From a virus (Duplodnaviria > Caudoviricetes), in the IMG/VR virus record IMGVR_UViG_3300035670_000287, positions 1-52,635 of that record: a stretch of DNA of 52,635 nt; one strand, 5' to 3'. Position 1 is the first letter of the stretch; each line of letters starts with the position of its first letter. Below the pieces are notes generated by a model. The model did not search any database. It had not been told where the DNA came from and worked only from the letters and a program-made list of their open reading frames with translations. The position numbers and the translations under genes were made by a program. Below are positions 9,762 through 17,602 of the stretch, piece by piece.

Positions 9762-10136
9762 TTATTTTTCATTTGCCTCCTTACGTTCTGCGTACTGTTT
9801 ACGTTTATATTCTCTCTTTTTGTCTTGAATCTGTCCGTTCTGAGCTGGAGTCAGGTTCTCGTAGTCCTCTAAGAGAATCGGTCTACCCTCAGCGACTTTC
9901 TCTAACATCTCTTTTAGTTTGGTCGGGCTAATCTTACCATCTCCCCTCAGCTCTTCCATCTTTCTTTTATCTCTCTCGACATCAGTCATAGAGAGCGTAA
10001 ATAAGTCCTCTGAGATTTTCTTCGCCTCATCTAGTGGCGTGTCGTCAGGGACTTCGATACTTCGGGCTGCCCAAATGTCCTCGGACTCATAGTTTCCGAG
10101 ATTGACCTTTCGGCTGTACCCACGTTTGATTTCCAT
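9762..10136 (-). CDS. Hypothetical protein, first gene of the leftward operon
   Basis: GAGG RBS; downstream of the 10164-10192 promoter. Confidence 0.7.
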   Translation of the reverse strand: MEIKRGYSRKVNLGNYESEDIWAARSIEVPDDTPLDEAKKISEDLFTLSMTDVERDKRKMEELRGDGKISPTKLKEMLEKVAEGRPILLEDYENLTPAQNGQIQDKKREYKRKQYAERKEANEK

Positions 10137-10163
10137 AGTTACCTCTTTCTTTAATGTACAACC

Positions 10164-10192
10164 ATCTTACCACACTATAACCCAAATGTCAA
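10164..10192 (-). promoter_or_regulatory. Sigma70-type promoter
   Basis: TTGACA-17 nt-TAAGAT with TG extension. Confidence 0.75.
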
Positions 10193-10200
10193 ATTAAAGT

Positions 10201-10209
10201 TGTGGATAA
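10201..10209 (-). promoter_or_regulatory. Consensus DnaA box
   Basis: TGTGGATAA (TTATCCACA on the minus strand) between divergent promoters. Confidence 0.5.
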
Positions 10210-10237
10210 GTATATATTTCAAAGCTATTTGATACCC

Positions 10238-10266
10238 TTGATACAATGCTTGATATCGAGTATAAT
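10238..10266 (+). promoter_or_regulatory. Sigma70-type promoter
   Basis: TTGATA-17 nt-TATAAT; TTGATA occurs three times locally. Confidence 0.75.
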
Positions 10267-10293
10267 AGGGAGAACATTTAAACAAGGAGAGTT

Positions 10294-10815
10294 ATGAAGC
10301 AATGCCATAAATGCTTGCGACTACTGCCTTTAGAAAGTTTTCACAAACATCCCGCTACCAAAGATAAGCTAGATGGTCGCTGTAAACAGTGTAAGAAAGA
10401 AGGACAACACAAGCTCCCTAAAATATGCGAGCATTGTGGTAAAAGTTTTTTAGCCGCCAAACCAATACCAAAAGTTCGTAGAGGAAGATTCTGTTCAAAA
10501 AAATGTCAATTTTCTTTTATGACAGGGGATAAAAGCCATCGATGGAGGGGCGGTAAAAAAATAAGCAAAGGTGGGTATATTTATATTTTTCAGAGAGAAC
10601 ACCCACATAGTACCAAAAACGGATATGTTCTCGAGCATAGATTATTGATGGAAAAGAAGATTGGTAGATATTTAACCAAAGAAGAAGTCGTCCATCACAT
10701 AAACAGCAATACGAAAGATAATAGGATAGAGAATTTGGAGCTGTTCTCCAATCAAGGAGAGCATTTAAGTTATCATAATACTAATGGGAGAACGCCTATG
10801 ACCCTAATTGGATGA
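10294..10815 (+). CDS. HNH homing endonuclease with N-terminal zinc fingers
   Basis: EHRLLME...EVVHHIN...DNRIENL; several CxxC. Confidence 0.9.
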   Translation: MKQCHKCLRLLPLESFHKHPATKDKLDGRCKQCKKEGQHKLPKICEHCGKSFLAAKPIPKVRRGRFCSKKCQFSFMTGDKSHRWRGGKKISKGGYIYIFQREHPHSTKNGYVLEHRLLMEKKIGRYLTKEEVVHHINSNTKDNRIENLELFSNQGEHLSYHNTNGRTPMTLIG

Positions 10816-10844
10816 AAAGAAGATATCTAACGAAAGGGTAAAAA

Positions 10845-11333
10845 ATAAGAAAAAAAATTATAGTGGCACTTACTTCTGTATTAATCCTAGCGATTCCACT
10901 AGTCGCTTACGCTAACAGTTTAAGAAAAGTCGAAACAAAAAACGAAAAAGAAATCGCAGAGAACATTAAGAAAGAAATAGACAGAGAGCCCACTGTAGCC
11001 CCGTTTCCTCGTGGGGAGTATCAGGTAACCACCCCTGCCCCAAAAACGCCACAGAGAGCCTCTACGAAGCCCACAACGCCTATTGTGAGCACTCAGTCTG
11101 AGCAGTGGTACAAAATATTCATTTACAACCACGAATCAGGCAACGACCCAAAACGTTGGAATACATCAGGGTGTGTCGGGTTGGGACAAGCGTGTCCTGC
11201 CTCTAAATTATTGGCTGTATGCCCGACACTTGATTATGCCTGTGAGGATAGGTGGTTTACTAACTACGCTATCTCCCGCTATGGCTCTTGGTACAACGCA
11301 TATCGTTGGTGGATAGCTCACAGATGGTGGTAA
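10845..11333 (+). CDS. Secreted lytic transglycosylase/Apf-like protein (probable ATA start)
   Basis: Signal peptide; HESG..N, GLGQ, YAISRYGSW...W...WW motifs. Confidence 0.7.
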   Translation: MRKKIIVALTSVLILAIPLVAYANSLRKVETKNEKEIAENIKKEIDREPTVAPFPRGEYQVTTPAPKTPQRASTKPTTPIVSTQSEQWYKIFIYNHESGNDPKRWNTSGCVGLGQACPASKLLAVCPTLDYACEDRWFTNYAISRYGSWYNAYRWWIAHRWW

Positions 11334-11578
11334 CTATCATCATGTGGGCACTTGCCTTCTATTTCACTTATCTAATCCTCTGCGAAGATAAGGAAAAGAA
11401 TGTGGGAGAAAAAATTAAAAGGCAAAACAACGGTAGAGGCTTGGAGATTAATCTACGACCTCACCCGTCCTCTCACACCCGAGCAAAGAGATAGGCTCTG
11501 GCAATACTATCTCAAAGTAAATAAAAAACCCCGACCAGATGACGCATCATGGTGGGGTGAAACCTAAAAGAGGGGTTG

Positions 11579-11788
11579 TTAATCCCTCTTTTTTATACCC
11601 AGCTGATTTTCCATAAAATCTACCCCATCTTCAACCCATTTTTCCATCAAGTGATTCTTCTTGGTATCTATCTTCATTTCTTTTCTGAGCTTCCACATAA
11701 TGATATCTATTCTGTCATTTAATTCAGGGTAGATATGGAGTGAGCTACGCTTTCTCTCTGACCATCTTCTCGGTGCTTTCTCTTTCAT
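11579..11788 (-). CDS. Small DNA-binding protein, possibly ribbon-helix-helix
   Basis: KRSSLHIYPEL strand followed by two predicted helices. Confidence 0.4.
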   Translation of the reverse strand: MKEKAPRRWSERKRSSLHIYPELNDRIDIIMWKLRKEMKIDTKKNHLMEKWVEDGVDFMENQLGIKKRD

Positions 11789-12025
11789 CTTACTTCCATT
11801 TCTTTTATTACTCTATCAGCTTCTATCATAGCGTCTAAGGTATTGATAAACGCTTCTATCTGATTATCTTTGACTTCTTCTGAGGCGTTCCACTTCGCTA
11901 GATAGAGTGATAGCTGTAATCTAACCCACTTTTTAATCCCTGGATTCATTTCATGCTCCTTTCTTTTAATACTGCCCAAATTAATCCGATAATGACATAT
12001 ATTGTCCAACCATATAGAATTAATT

Positions 12026-12187
12026 TCATAGTGCCTCCAATATGGCACAGCTCTCACACATACCCTCAAACCCATCACATTCTTCTTCTGTAATGTCCTC
12101 GCCACACTCGGTACAGGTGTGTCCACCGATTTGACCACACCAACCACACTCTAAATCTTCTTCTTTTTCAATTTCTTCTATGTCCAT
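12026..12187 (-). CDS. Acidic zinc-finger protein (53 aa, not in ORF track)
   Basis: MDIEEIEKEEDLECGWC...CTEC...CESC; coupled start/stop. Confidence 0.55.
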   Translation of the reverse strand: MDIEEIEKEEDLECGWCGQIGGHTCTECGEDITEEECDGFEGMCESCAILEAL

Positions 12188-12344
12188 AGTCCCCTCTCTT
12201 TCAACTGATTCTCAACTTCTTCCATTCTCTCATACTCGTACTGTTGCCATTTTTCTTTAGCAAACTCTTTTCTCTCTTTTACCCACTCACAGAAATCGTG
12301 TAGCTCTGCTTGGGTTTTATCTTCTTCACTCATCTCTCCCCCTT

Positions 12345-12587
12345 TCACATTTTTTCTAATTTGTCAAATGGTACTGAATAACAATCTAACTTACCATTAC
12401 TCTCTATCGGGTACTTCTCTACCTCTCGACCTGAGATATAAAACTTCATACCCTCTAAATGTTTTGCCTTTGTAAAGGTAATAACATTATCAACACCAAC
12501 TTTGTACTTCGCTATCAAGACTTTCATATCGTGGTAGCGTGGCTTCCAAATCTCTATCATTACTTCTCCTCTCTTTACATTTATCAC
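12345..12587 (-). CDS. Hypothetical protein (start probably at MIEIWKP)
   Basis: GAGGAG RBS before the internal ATG. Confidence 0.55.
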   Translation of the reverse strand: MINVKRGEVMIEIWKPRYHDMKVLIAKYKVGVDNVITFTKAKHLEGMKFYISGREVEKYPIESNGKLDCYSVPFDKLEKM

Positions 12588-12753
12588 ATATCACACTTAT
12601 TTTCTCGCAGTCAAAACACTCGTTCTCAAACATATCTTCTTCATTAAATCCCCAATACTCTCTCCCACACTCACATTCGAAATAATCACTTCTATTTATC
12701 GCCTTTTCTTCGCTTTCTAATATCTCGCCACACTCACAGACAATTTTATACAT
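12490..12753 (-). CDS. Zinc-finger protein
   Basis: CECG twice, CFDC, CDKC. Confidence 0.55.
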   Translation of the reverse strand: MYKIVCECGEILESEEKAINRSDYFECECGREYWGFNEEDMFENECFDCEKISVICDKCKERRSNDRDLEATLPRYESLDSEVQSWC

Positions 12754-12948
12754 ACTACCCCCACTTTTTTAGAGTTTTTTTTCTTTATCTTGCTAGGTAT
12801 TTTCTTATCTCTTTGACCACGTCTTGCGGTTTCATTTCATCATCTACAAACTGCCATATACTCGCATTTTCCTTTTCTAATGCTATAATCTCTTGGTCAG
12901 TCAGCTCTTGATAGACCGCTTCCTCAAAGATGTCATTGTACTTATTAC

Positions 12949-13191
12949 TCACATCTCCTCACTTTCTTTTATCTCTTTTAATTCTTCCCACTTGCTGTCC
13001 GATATTTCCTCGCCAACAAGTTTTTCATAATCGGATTTATCATACTCTTTTGCTACTTCGTCAATCCAAGTCCAAACTATTCCTAGCTTTTTTTGGCTAT
13101 CTACCGACATTTCAAGCGTTTTTTCTACAACCATTTTGTAGTCTATCTCGCTCAAAACACCCTTTAACGCTTCGTATACTTTTTCGTTCAT
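12949..13191 (-). CDS. Acidic hypothetical protein
   Basis: AAGGA RBS; first ORF after a structured leader. Confidence 0.65.
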   Translation of the reverse strand: MNEKVYEALKGVLSEIDYKMVVEKTLEMSVDSQKKLGIVWTWIDEVAKEYDKSDYEKLVGEEISDSKWEELKEIKESEEM

Positions 13192-13213
13192 TTCTCTTTC
13201 CTTTCTTTTTTAG

Positions 13214-13492
13214 TAGTGGCTTTGTTTATCAGGCTCATACTGCCGAAGCAGGTTTTACATGGGCGCTTTCCACCCTTTTGCCAGACAGGAATAAACTTGG
13301 TCGGCTTTCCTCTTATTTGTTGGGCTTTATCGGTATCCCTTTCGAGAAGCTCGTAAACTTAGTCGAGCGCCAACTGAACTCGATACCCTATCCGATACCA
13401 CTTTTTAATGTTCTGTTCTCAAGAGAGAGAAAACTTATTTAACTTGTGAGCTAACCTTTAATTAATTATTTGTTAGCACTTTCTCTCTCTTT
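13214..13492 (-). ncRNA. Structured 5' leader or candidate ncRNA
   Basis: Multiple stems including a UUCG hairpin; no convincing ORF; downstream of a promoter. Confidence 0.4.
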
Positions 13493-13516
13493 TTCAAATT
13501 ACTTATTCACCCTCTC

Positions 13517-13545
13517 ATGCTACCACACTATTGCCCACTTGTCAA
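13517..13545 (-). promoter_or_regulatory. Sigma70-type promoter, near copy of 10164-10192
   Basis: TTGACA-agtgggcaatagtgtgg-TAGCAT. Confidence 0.7.
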
Positions 13546-13727
13546 TAAGATTATGACAGGTCAGGGGGGAAGCCACTTACTGCTTCCCCACAAGAGGTTA
13601 TCGAGCTTAATAGCTCGTAGCGAGAGGCAAGGCTTCCCCACCTTTTAATCCGAGAGTCGAACTCGGCTACCTCTCTCTATGAGCTATCAATTATTAGACA
13701 CCCATTTGGCAAGGTCAATTTACTTTT

Positions 13728-14015
13728 CTATTTACTCAACCCGAAATTATAATCCTCGTTCATATTTTCAGCTATCTCGTACCAATTAACCTCGTCTACG
13801 AAAGCACTTGCCCAACCACCAACGAGTCTATTGGTTTCATTTTCAAAACCATTTTGGTCAATAAAGTCCAAAGTATAGTTTTTAAGATAATCCGACAACC
13901 CTACAATATCGCCAAAAGACTCTTTTGCGTTGTCTATGCTATCGCCAAAACCATCAAACAACTCAAGATTTACTCGCCAAGTGGCGTAATTTGTCCAACC
14001 ATTATATTTTTCCAT
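13728..14015 (-). CDS. Early-region phage protein (YNGWTNYATW motif); cassette D
   Basis: GAGG RBS; enclosed by stem D. Confidence 0.8.
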   Translation of the reverse strand: MEKYNGWTNYATWRVNLELFDGFGDSIDNAKESFGDIVGLSDYLKNYTLDFIDQNGFENETNRLVGGWASAFVDEVNWYEIAENMNEDYNFGLSK

Positions 14016-14098
14016 TTCTAACCTCTTTTACTTTCTGACCTCGCCAAATTGATGTCTAATCCCTATCACTTCACAAGTCGCAAGGCGTCATTTACTCT

Positions 14099-14284
14099 TT
14101 AATATTGTTCGTAAGTACTTTTTCTGATAGCTTCCGACTTCTTTAAACCCTCATTGATTACATATAAGTAAGCCAAAAAGAGAATAAAGCATATAATCAC
14201 AGCTAAGCAACTTCTCTTTGTCTGATTCAAGCGTTGTCGTCTCTTTCGTCTTTTGATAGCTTCTTTGGTGTGTTTTGTTAGCAT
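14099..14284 (-). CDS. Small basic membrane-anchored protein; cassette C
   Basis: K/R-rich N-terminus and one TM helix. Confidence 0.6.
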   Translation of the reverse strand: MLTKHTKEAIKRRKRRQRLNQTKRSCLAVIICFILFLAYLYVINEGLKKSEAIRKSTYEQY

Positions 14285-14484
14285 TTTATGACTTCCATTT
14301 CTCGATTAAACTCTACCAAGATAAATGGTTGCCCACACTCACAGATTAAATCTGTTTCGTCTGACGACATAAAATAATCTGCCTTGTTTGCTGAATATTC
14401 AACCATACAATTTTCACAAAACAAAACCTCTTTTGTCCTTGTTTTATCAAGTATTTGGTCTGATAGGTCTTTAATCTTTACCAT
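14278..14484 (-). CDS. Zinc-ribbon protein; cassette C
   Basis: CENC...YSANKADYF...CECG. Confidence 0.7.
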   Translation of the reverse strand: MVKIKDLSDQILDKTRTKEVLFCENCMVEYSANKADYFMSSDETDLICECGQPFILVEFNREMEVIKC

Positions 14485-14569
14485 AGTATAACCCCCTGTT
14501 TTCTGACACCTCGCAACCTGTAAAGTGATAGTTTCACAAGCCCAAGTACAAGAGCAAGGTATTAATTCT

Positions 14570-14710
14570 TTATTCCTCTATCACTTTTAATTCTTTATTT
14601 AAGAACTTTGTAACTATTTCAAACCTATAACAACCTTTACAAATGTCTTGCCTCTCGCTTTCGTTGTTTGTATCGTCAACCTCGCCACATATTTTACATT
14701 TGAATAACAT
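14570..14710 (-). CDS. Zinc-finger microprotein (46 aa, not in ORF track); cassette B
   Basis: GAGG RBS; MLFKCKICG...CKGC. Confidence 0.7.
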   Translation of the reverse strand: MLFKCKICGEVDDTNNESERQDICKGCYRFEIVTKFLNKELKVIEE

Positions 14711-14798
14711 AATAACCTCTTTTCTAACCCTTGCCCTTGTATTTGGACTTGTGATTACACACTAGCAAGTATAAGAGCAAGGCGAAGTTAATTATTCT

Positions 14799-14978
14799 TT
14801 AAGCAGTTCTTATCTCGTATTCTCTCTCTATATACTCTCTAAACTTATTCTCGTCAAATCTATCATTTTTTGCTTTTAGTAAGTCACAGAAATCCTGTAT
14901 AATAGTTTCAACCTTGATACCTCTAACTCTCGCACAAGCCAAAATAGTAGCAATTAATACATAATCCTTTTTAGTCAT
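14799..14978 (-). CDS. Small early-region phage protein (59 aa, not in ORF track); cassette A
   Basis: MTKKDYVLIA...NDRFDENKF. Confidence 0.7.
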   Translation of the reverse strand: MTKKDYVLIATILACARVRGIKVETIIQDFCDLLKAKNDRFDENKFREYIEREYEIRTA

Positions 14979-15091
14979 TTCGATACTCGCTTTCTGCCTT
15001 GCCCTTGTATCTGCTAGTGTGTTTTGTTAGATAAGCTCTTATACTGCCCTGAGAGTCATAGCTCTATGGCTGGTTTTTAGCTCTAACCTAT

Positions 15092-15120
15092 TTGTCAAGG
15101 TGCTTGATTTGTGCTATAAT
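15092..15120 (+). promoter_or_regulatory. Promoter for terS
   Basis: TTGTCA-17 nt-TATAAT with TG extension. Confidence 0.7.
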
Positions 15121-15138
15121 TGATTTACTGATAATCTA

Positions 15139-15166
15139 AGTATAACACTACTTGACAAGTATACAA
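15139..15166 (-). promoter_or_regulatory. Promoter for the cassette array, with palindrome TACTTG-A-CAAGTA (15149-15161)
   Basis: TTGTAT-16 nt-TATACT with TG extension. Confidence 0.55.
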
Positions 15167-15252
15167 GAAAATTAATTTGAAGCTAAAAATGACACTTTTC
15201 CACAATTAGCCGAATAAGTGTTTTACAAAATGAAAGTGAGTTTTCCACAACC

Positions 15253-15765
15253 ATGAGTGAGTTAGAGCAAATAATCAAGAAAATACCCGATAAAAGAAAG
15301 TCCGCCCTACCAAAACACAAGAGAGCGGAAGTTATTCAAGAGTTAGCACAAGGCAAGAGCGTAAGAAAGACAGCAATTGACTTAGGTATAGCAAGAAAGA
15401 CAGCCGAAACTATAAGAATAGAGAATAAGCCACTAATAGCGGAAATACAAGAAAAGCAAGCAATTCAAGCGGTAGAGATAAAACAACGGCTATTGAATAA
15501 GACTTTAAACTTGTTAGATAGGAAACTAGACAGAATAGAGCAAGACGATAGCAAACTGGATTATATGAAACCACAAGAACTTACAAGTACCGCTAAAGAC
15601 TTGTTCAATATGTCACAAGTAGAGTTAGGGAAAGACACGACAGATTATACAAAGAAAGATATAGCAACCCTCACAAATGAGCTAAAGACAATAACATACG
15701 CTATAGAGGCTAATAACACTAGAGAGCTATTACAGCTTACATTTAACGATAAAGACGACAACTAG
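15253..15765 (+). CDS. terS: Terminase small subunit (putative)
   Basis: N-terminal HTH (GKSVRKTAIDLGIARKTA), helical oligomerisation-like region, upstream of terL. Confidence 0.6.
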   Translation: MSELEQIIKKIPDKRKSALPKHKRAEVIQELAQGKSVRKTAIDLGIARKTAETIRIENKPLIAEIQEKQAIQAVEIKQRLLNKTLNLLDRKLDRIEQDDSKLDYMKPQELTSTAKDLFNMSQVELGKDTTDYTKKDIATLTNELKTITYAIEANNTRELLQLTFNDKDDN

Positions 15766-15829
15766 TACCACTTACTCTATATAAGCCCATAGTCGTACAA
15801 CATACATTACTCTTATATTGTGCGACATA

Positions 15830-16035
15830 TACATCATTTATGTTATAATATATGTTTTATTAATTTATTTATTTATTATTTATTTATTAATGATTATGTA
15901 TATTATAATGTAAGAGATAGACCAACCCCCATGCCACCCCATTACCTCCTCCAACTTATAGATATAGTGGTAGTTACTTACATATATAATTTATATAAAA
16001 AAATAGTAAAGTATATTAAATAATATTTTATATTA
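15830..16035. other. Very AT-rich non-coding region; candidate unwinding element or packaging region
   Basis: TTTA/TA runs, no credible ORF. Confidence 0.35.
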
Positions 16036-16039
16036 TTCG

Positions 16040-16462
16040 TCAAGGTATGCGTAGGGACAGAGTGAGTTTAGTAGTCCCCTGCGTGTGGCTACTTTTTCTC
16101 TGAGAAGTTGTTTGAAAGTTTTCTCTCTTTCCTTCCTGCAGCTGCTGACTCTATCGGGTTCGACATTCCTCTAGTACCGATGACCTTGACCTTCACAGCG
16201 AGTGTCCAAAAATACTTTTCTTTGAGTTTTGGGTTCTATTTTTGTTAGGTTTTATATCCCGTTTATGCGTTGGGCATAGAGTTGAGATAGTTCGATAGAC
16301 TTCTTCTGGGTGTTGGCTCTATCGATTCGTCCCACCAACCACTATCCTGACGATAGATATATACAGTATATAAAAAGCCGCCTGGTTTGTCAAGCGACGT
16401 ACCAAGCGGCCTATTTTGTTGAGTTGTTTCGTCAGGATAATGCACAACCCATATTGAATTGT
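16040..16462 (-). ncRNA. Candidate long structured ncRNA
   Basis: Upstream promoter; 14-bp stem 16340-16353/16429-16442 with nested hairpin. Confidence 0.4.
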
Positions 16463-16468
16463 AGCTAC

Positions 16469-16496
16469 ATTATATCATATTATATAAGTATGTCAA
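16469..16496 (-). promoter_or_regulatory. Sigma70-type promoter
   Basis: TTGACA-16 nt-TATAAT with TG extension. Confidence 0.7.
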
Positions 16497-16591
16497 GCAG
16501 AAAAGAGAGCCCTTTCTAAACGTCACCACATCAGGCCGTTTGCGTTCATTCAAAAGCTCTCGCCCTCTCACCTGAAATTAATATACCACAA

Positions 16592-16620
16592 TTTACACAA
16601 CCTGTAAAACGTGTTAGAAT
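16592..16620 (+). promoter_or_regulatory. Promoter, probably giving a leaderless mRNA
   Basis: TTTACA-17 nt-TAGAAT; ATG 16627 lies 6 nt after the -10 box with no RBS. Confidence 0.65.
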
Positions 16621-16626
16621 ATACCT

Positions 16627-16821
16627 ATGACAAAAGAACTTACCGTCTTTGGATGCTACCATAACCGCCTGAAATATACCGACGACTTTGTTTTCTGTGT
16701 GGAGTGCGGGGAGCGGTGGTTCTCGGAATATATGATTCAAAGTGCCATCGTCAAGGTTACTCACCACGAGCAGCCCAATTTTAATGAGATATTAACCGAA
16801 TGGAGAAAACATGTTCAGTAA
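16627..16821 (+). CDS. Small zinc-binding protein
   Basis: CYH...CVECG. Confidence 0.55.
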   Translation: MTKELTVFGCYHNRLKYTDDFVFCVECGERWFSEYMIQSAIVKVTHHEQPNFNEILTEWRKHVQ

Positions 16822-17449
16822 ACTATGGAACGCCGTTAAGGGCTGGATGACCAACGAAGGCATCCCCAAGGGTGTAGATAAAGACAAGCCATTTAAGGGT
16901 GAGCGGGTTATCGAAATAGATAAAGACTCAGGCCGTAGGGACTATGTCTATCAGGGTAAAGACCCCCAAATCCCCAAGGACATATTCGCAGAAAAAATCA
17001 AATTTAAGGATAATCGGGTAGGAGAGATGCCCAGAGGAGAGAAGGTTCTCATCCATCCCAGGACTAAGAAAGAAGTCACCCCGCTATCCAGCGTTTATAA
17101 AGACCCCCTGGCCTATATTAAAGTCCTGTCTGATGCTACGTTCGGAGAAGACCAATGGCCAGCTACAAAAAAAATAATTATGGATGAATCCAGCGGTAAT
17201 CCAAAAGCGTTTAATGGAACCTATCTTGGCTTGTTTCAGAATAATAAAGATTTGTTTTCCTCAGACGAACCCAGCCTGGATGAACAGTTCAAGGTCTGGT
17301 CTAACTATATCAGGACACACATTGACAATAGAACAGGAAAACCTTACGGAACCCCGTCACAAGCCCTGGACTTTAGGGAAAACGAAGCCCCTAAATATAA
17401 AGCCTCTGGCGACCCCAGATACGCTAACTTCTCAATAAATTGGTATTAA
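16811..17449 (+). CDS. Lytic transglycosylase-like (SLT/Apf-type) protein
   Basis: QW...DESSGNPKA.N, GLFQ, YI...YGTP, terminal NWY. Confidence 0.7.
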   Translation: MFSKLWNAVKGWMTNEGIPKGVDKDKPFKGERVIEIDKDSGRRDYVYQGKDPQIPKDIFAEKIKFKDNRVGEMPRGEKVLIHPRTKKEVTPLSSVYKDPLAYIKVLSDATFGEDQWPATKKIIMDESSGNPKAFNGTYLGLFQNNKDLFSSDEPSLDEQFKVWSNYIRTHIDNRTGKPYGTPSQALDFRENEAPKYKASGDPRYANFSINWY

Positions 17450-17602
17450 ATGGAGAAACAAATGGAAAGAACCCCCTGCGAAGTATACTCAAGAGTGTGC
17501 GGTTATTACCGCCCAGTCAAGGACTGGAACCCCGCTAAGCAACAAGAATTTGAAGATAGAAAAGACTTTGAATGGAACGACAAGAAATTATCGAAGCCTT
17601 AG
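17450..17602 (+). CDS. Stand-alone NrdD C-terminal glycyl-radical-loop microprotein (46-50 aa, not in ORF track)
   Basis: CEVYSRVCGYYRPVKDWNPAKQQEFEDR; GGAG RBS before ATG 17462. Confidence 0.8.
   Translation: MEKQMERTPCEVYSRVCGYYRPVKDWNPAKQQEFEDRKDFEWNDKKLSKP

Larger units (their letters stand above)
13608..15022 (-). repeat. Array of five back-to-back inverted-repeat pairs, each enclosing a gene unit or RNA motif
   Basis: Arm pairs 14996-15022/14757-14783, 14729-14754/14534-14559, 14504-14531/14063-14090, 14036-14060/13693-13717, 13667-13689/13608-13630. Confidence 0.9.

Noticed and set aside
12930-13442. 170-aa plus-strand ORF (also 8117-8428 and 9455-9931)
   Set aside because: Antisense to coupled minus-strand genes that have RBSs and promoters
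13650-13666. tRNA gene
   Set aside because: Only a T-arm is present; no D-arm, anticodon arm or acceptor stem
13608-15022. CRISPR array or integron attC array
   Set aside because: Arms are pair-specific inverted repeats that enclose genes; no identical direct repeats, and no cas gene or integrase was recognised
15820-16519. ORFs 15820-16023, 16263-16445 and 16310-16519
   Set aside because: No RBS, low-complexity or structure-dominated sequence; probably non-coding
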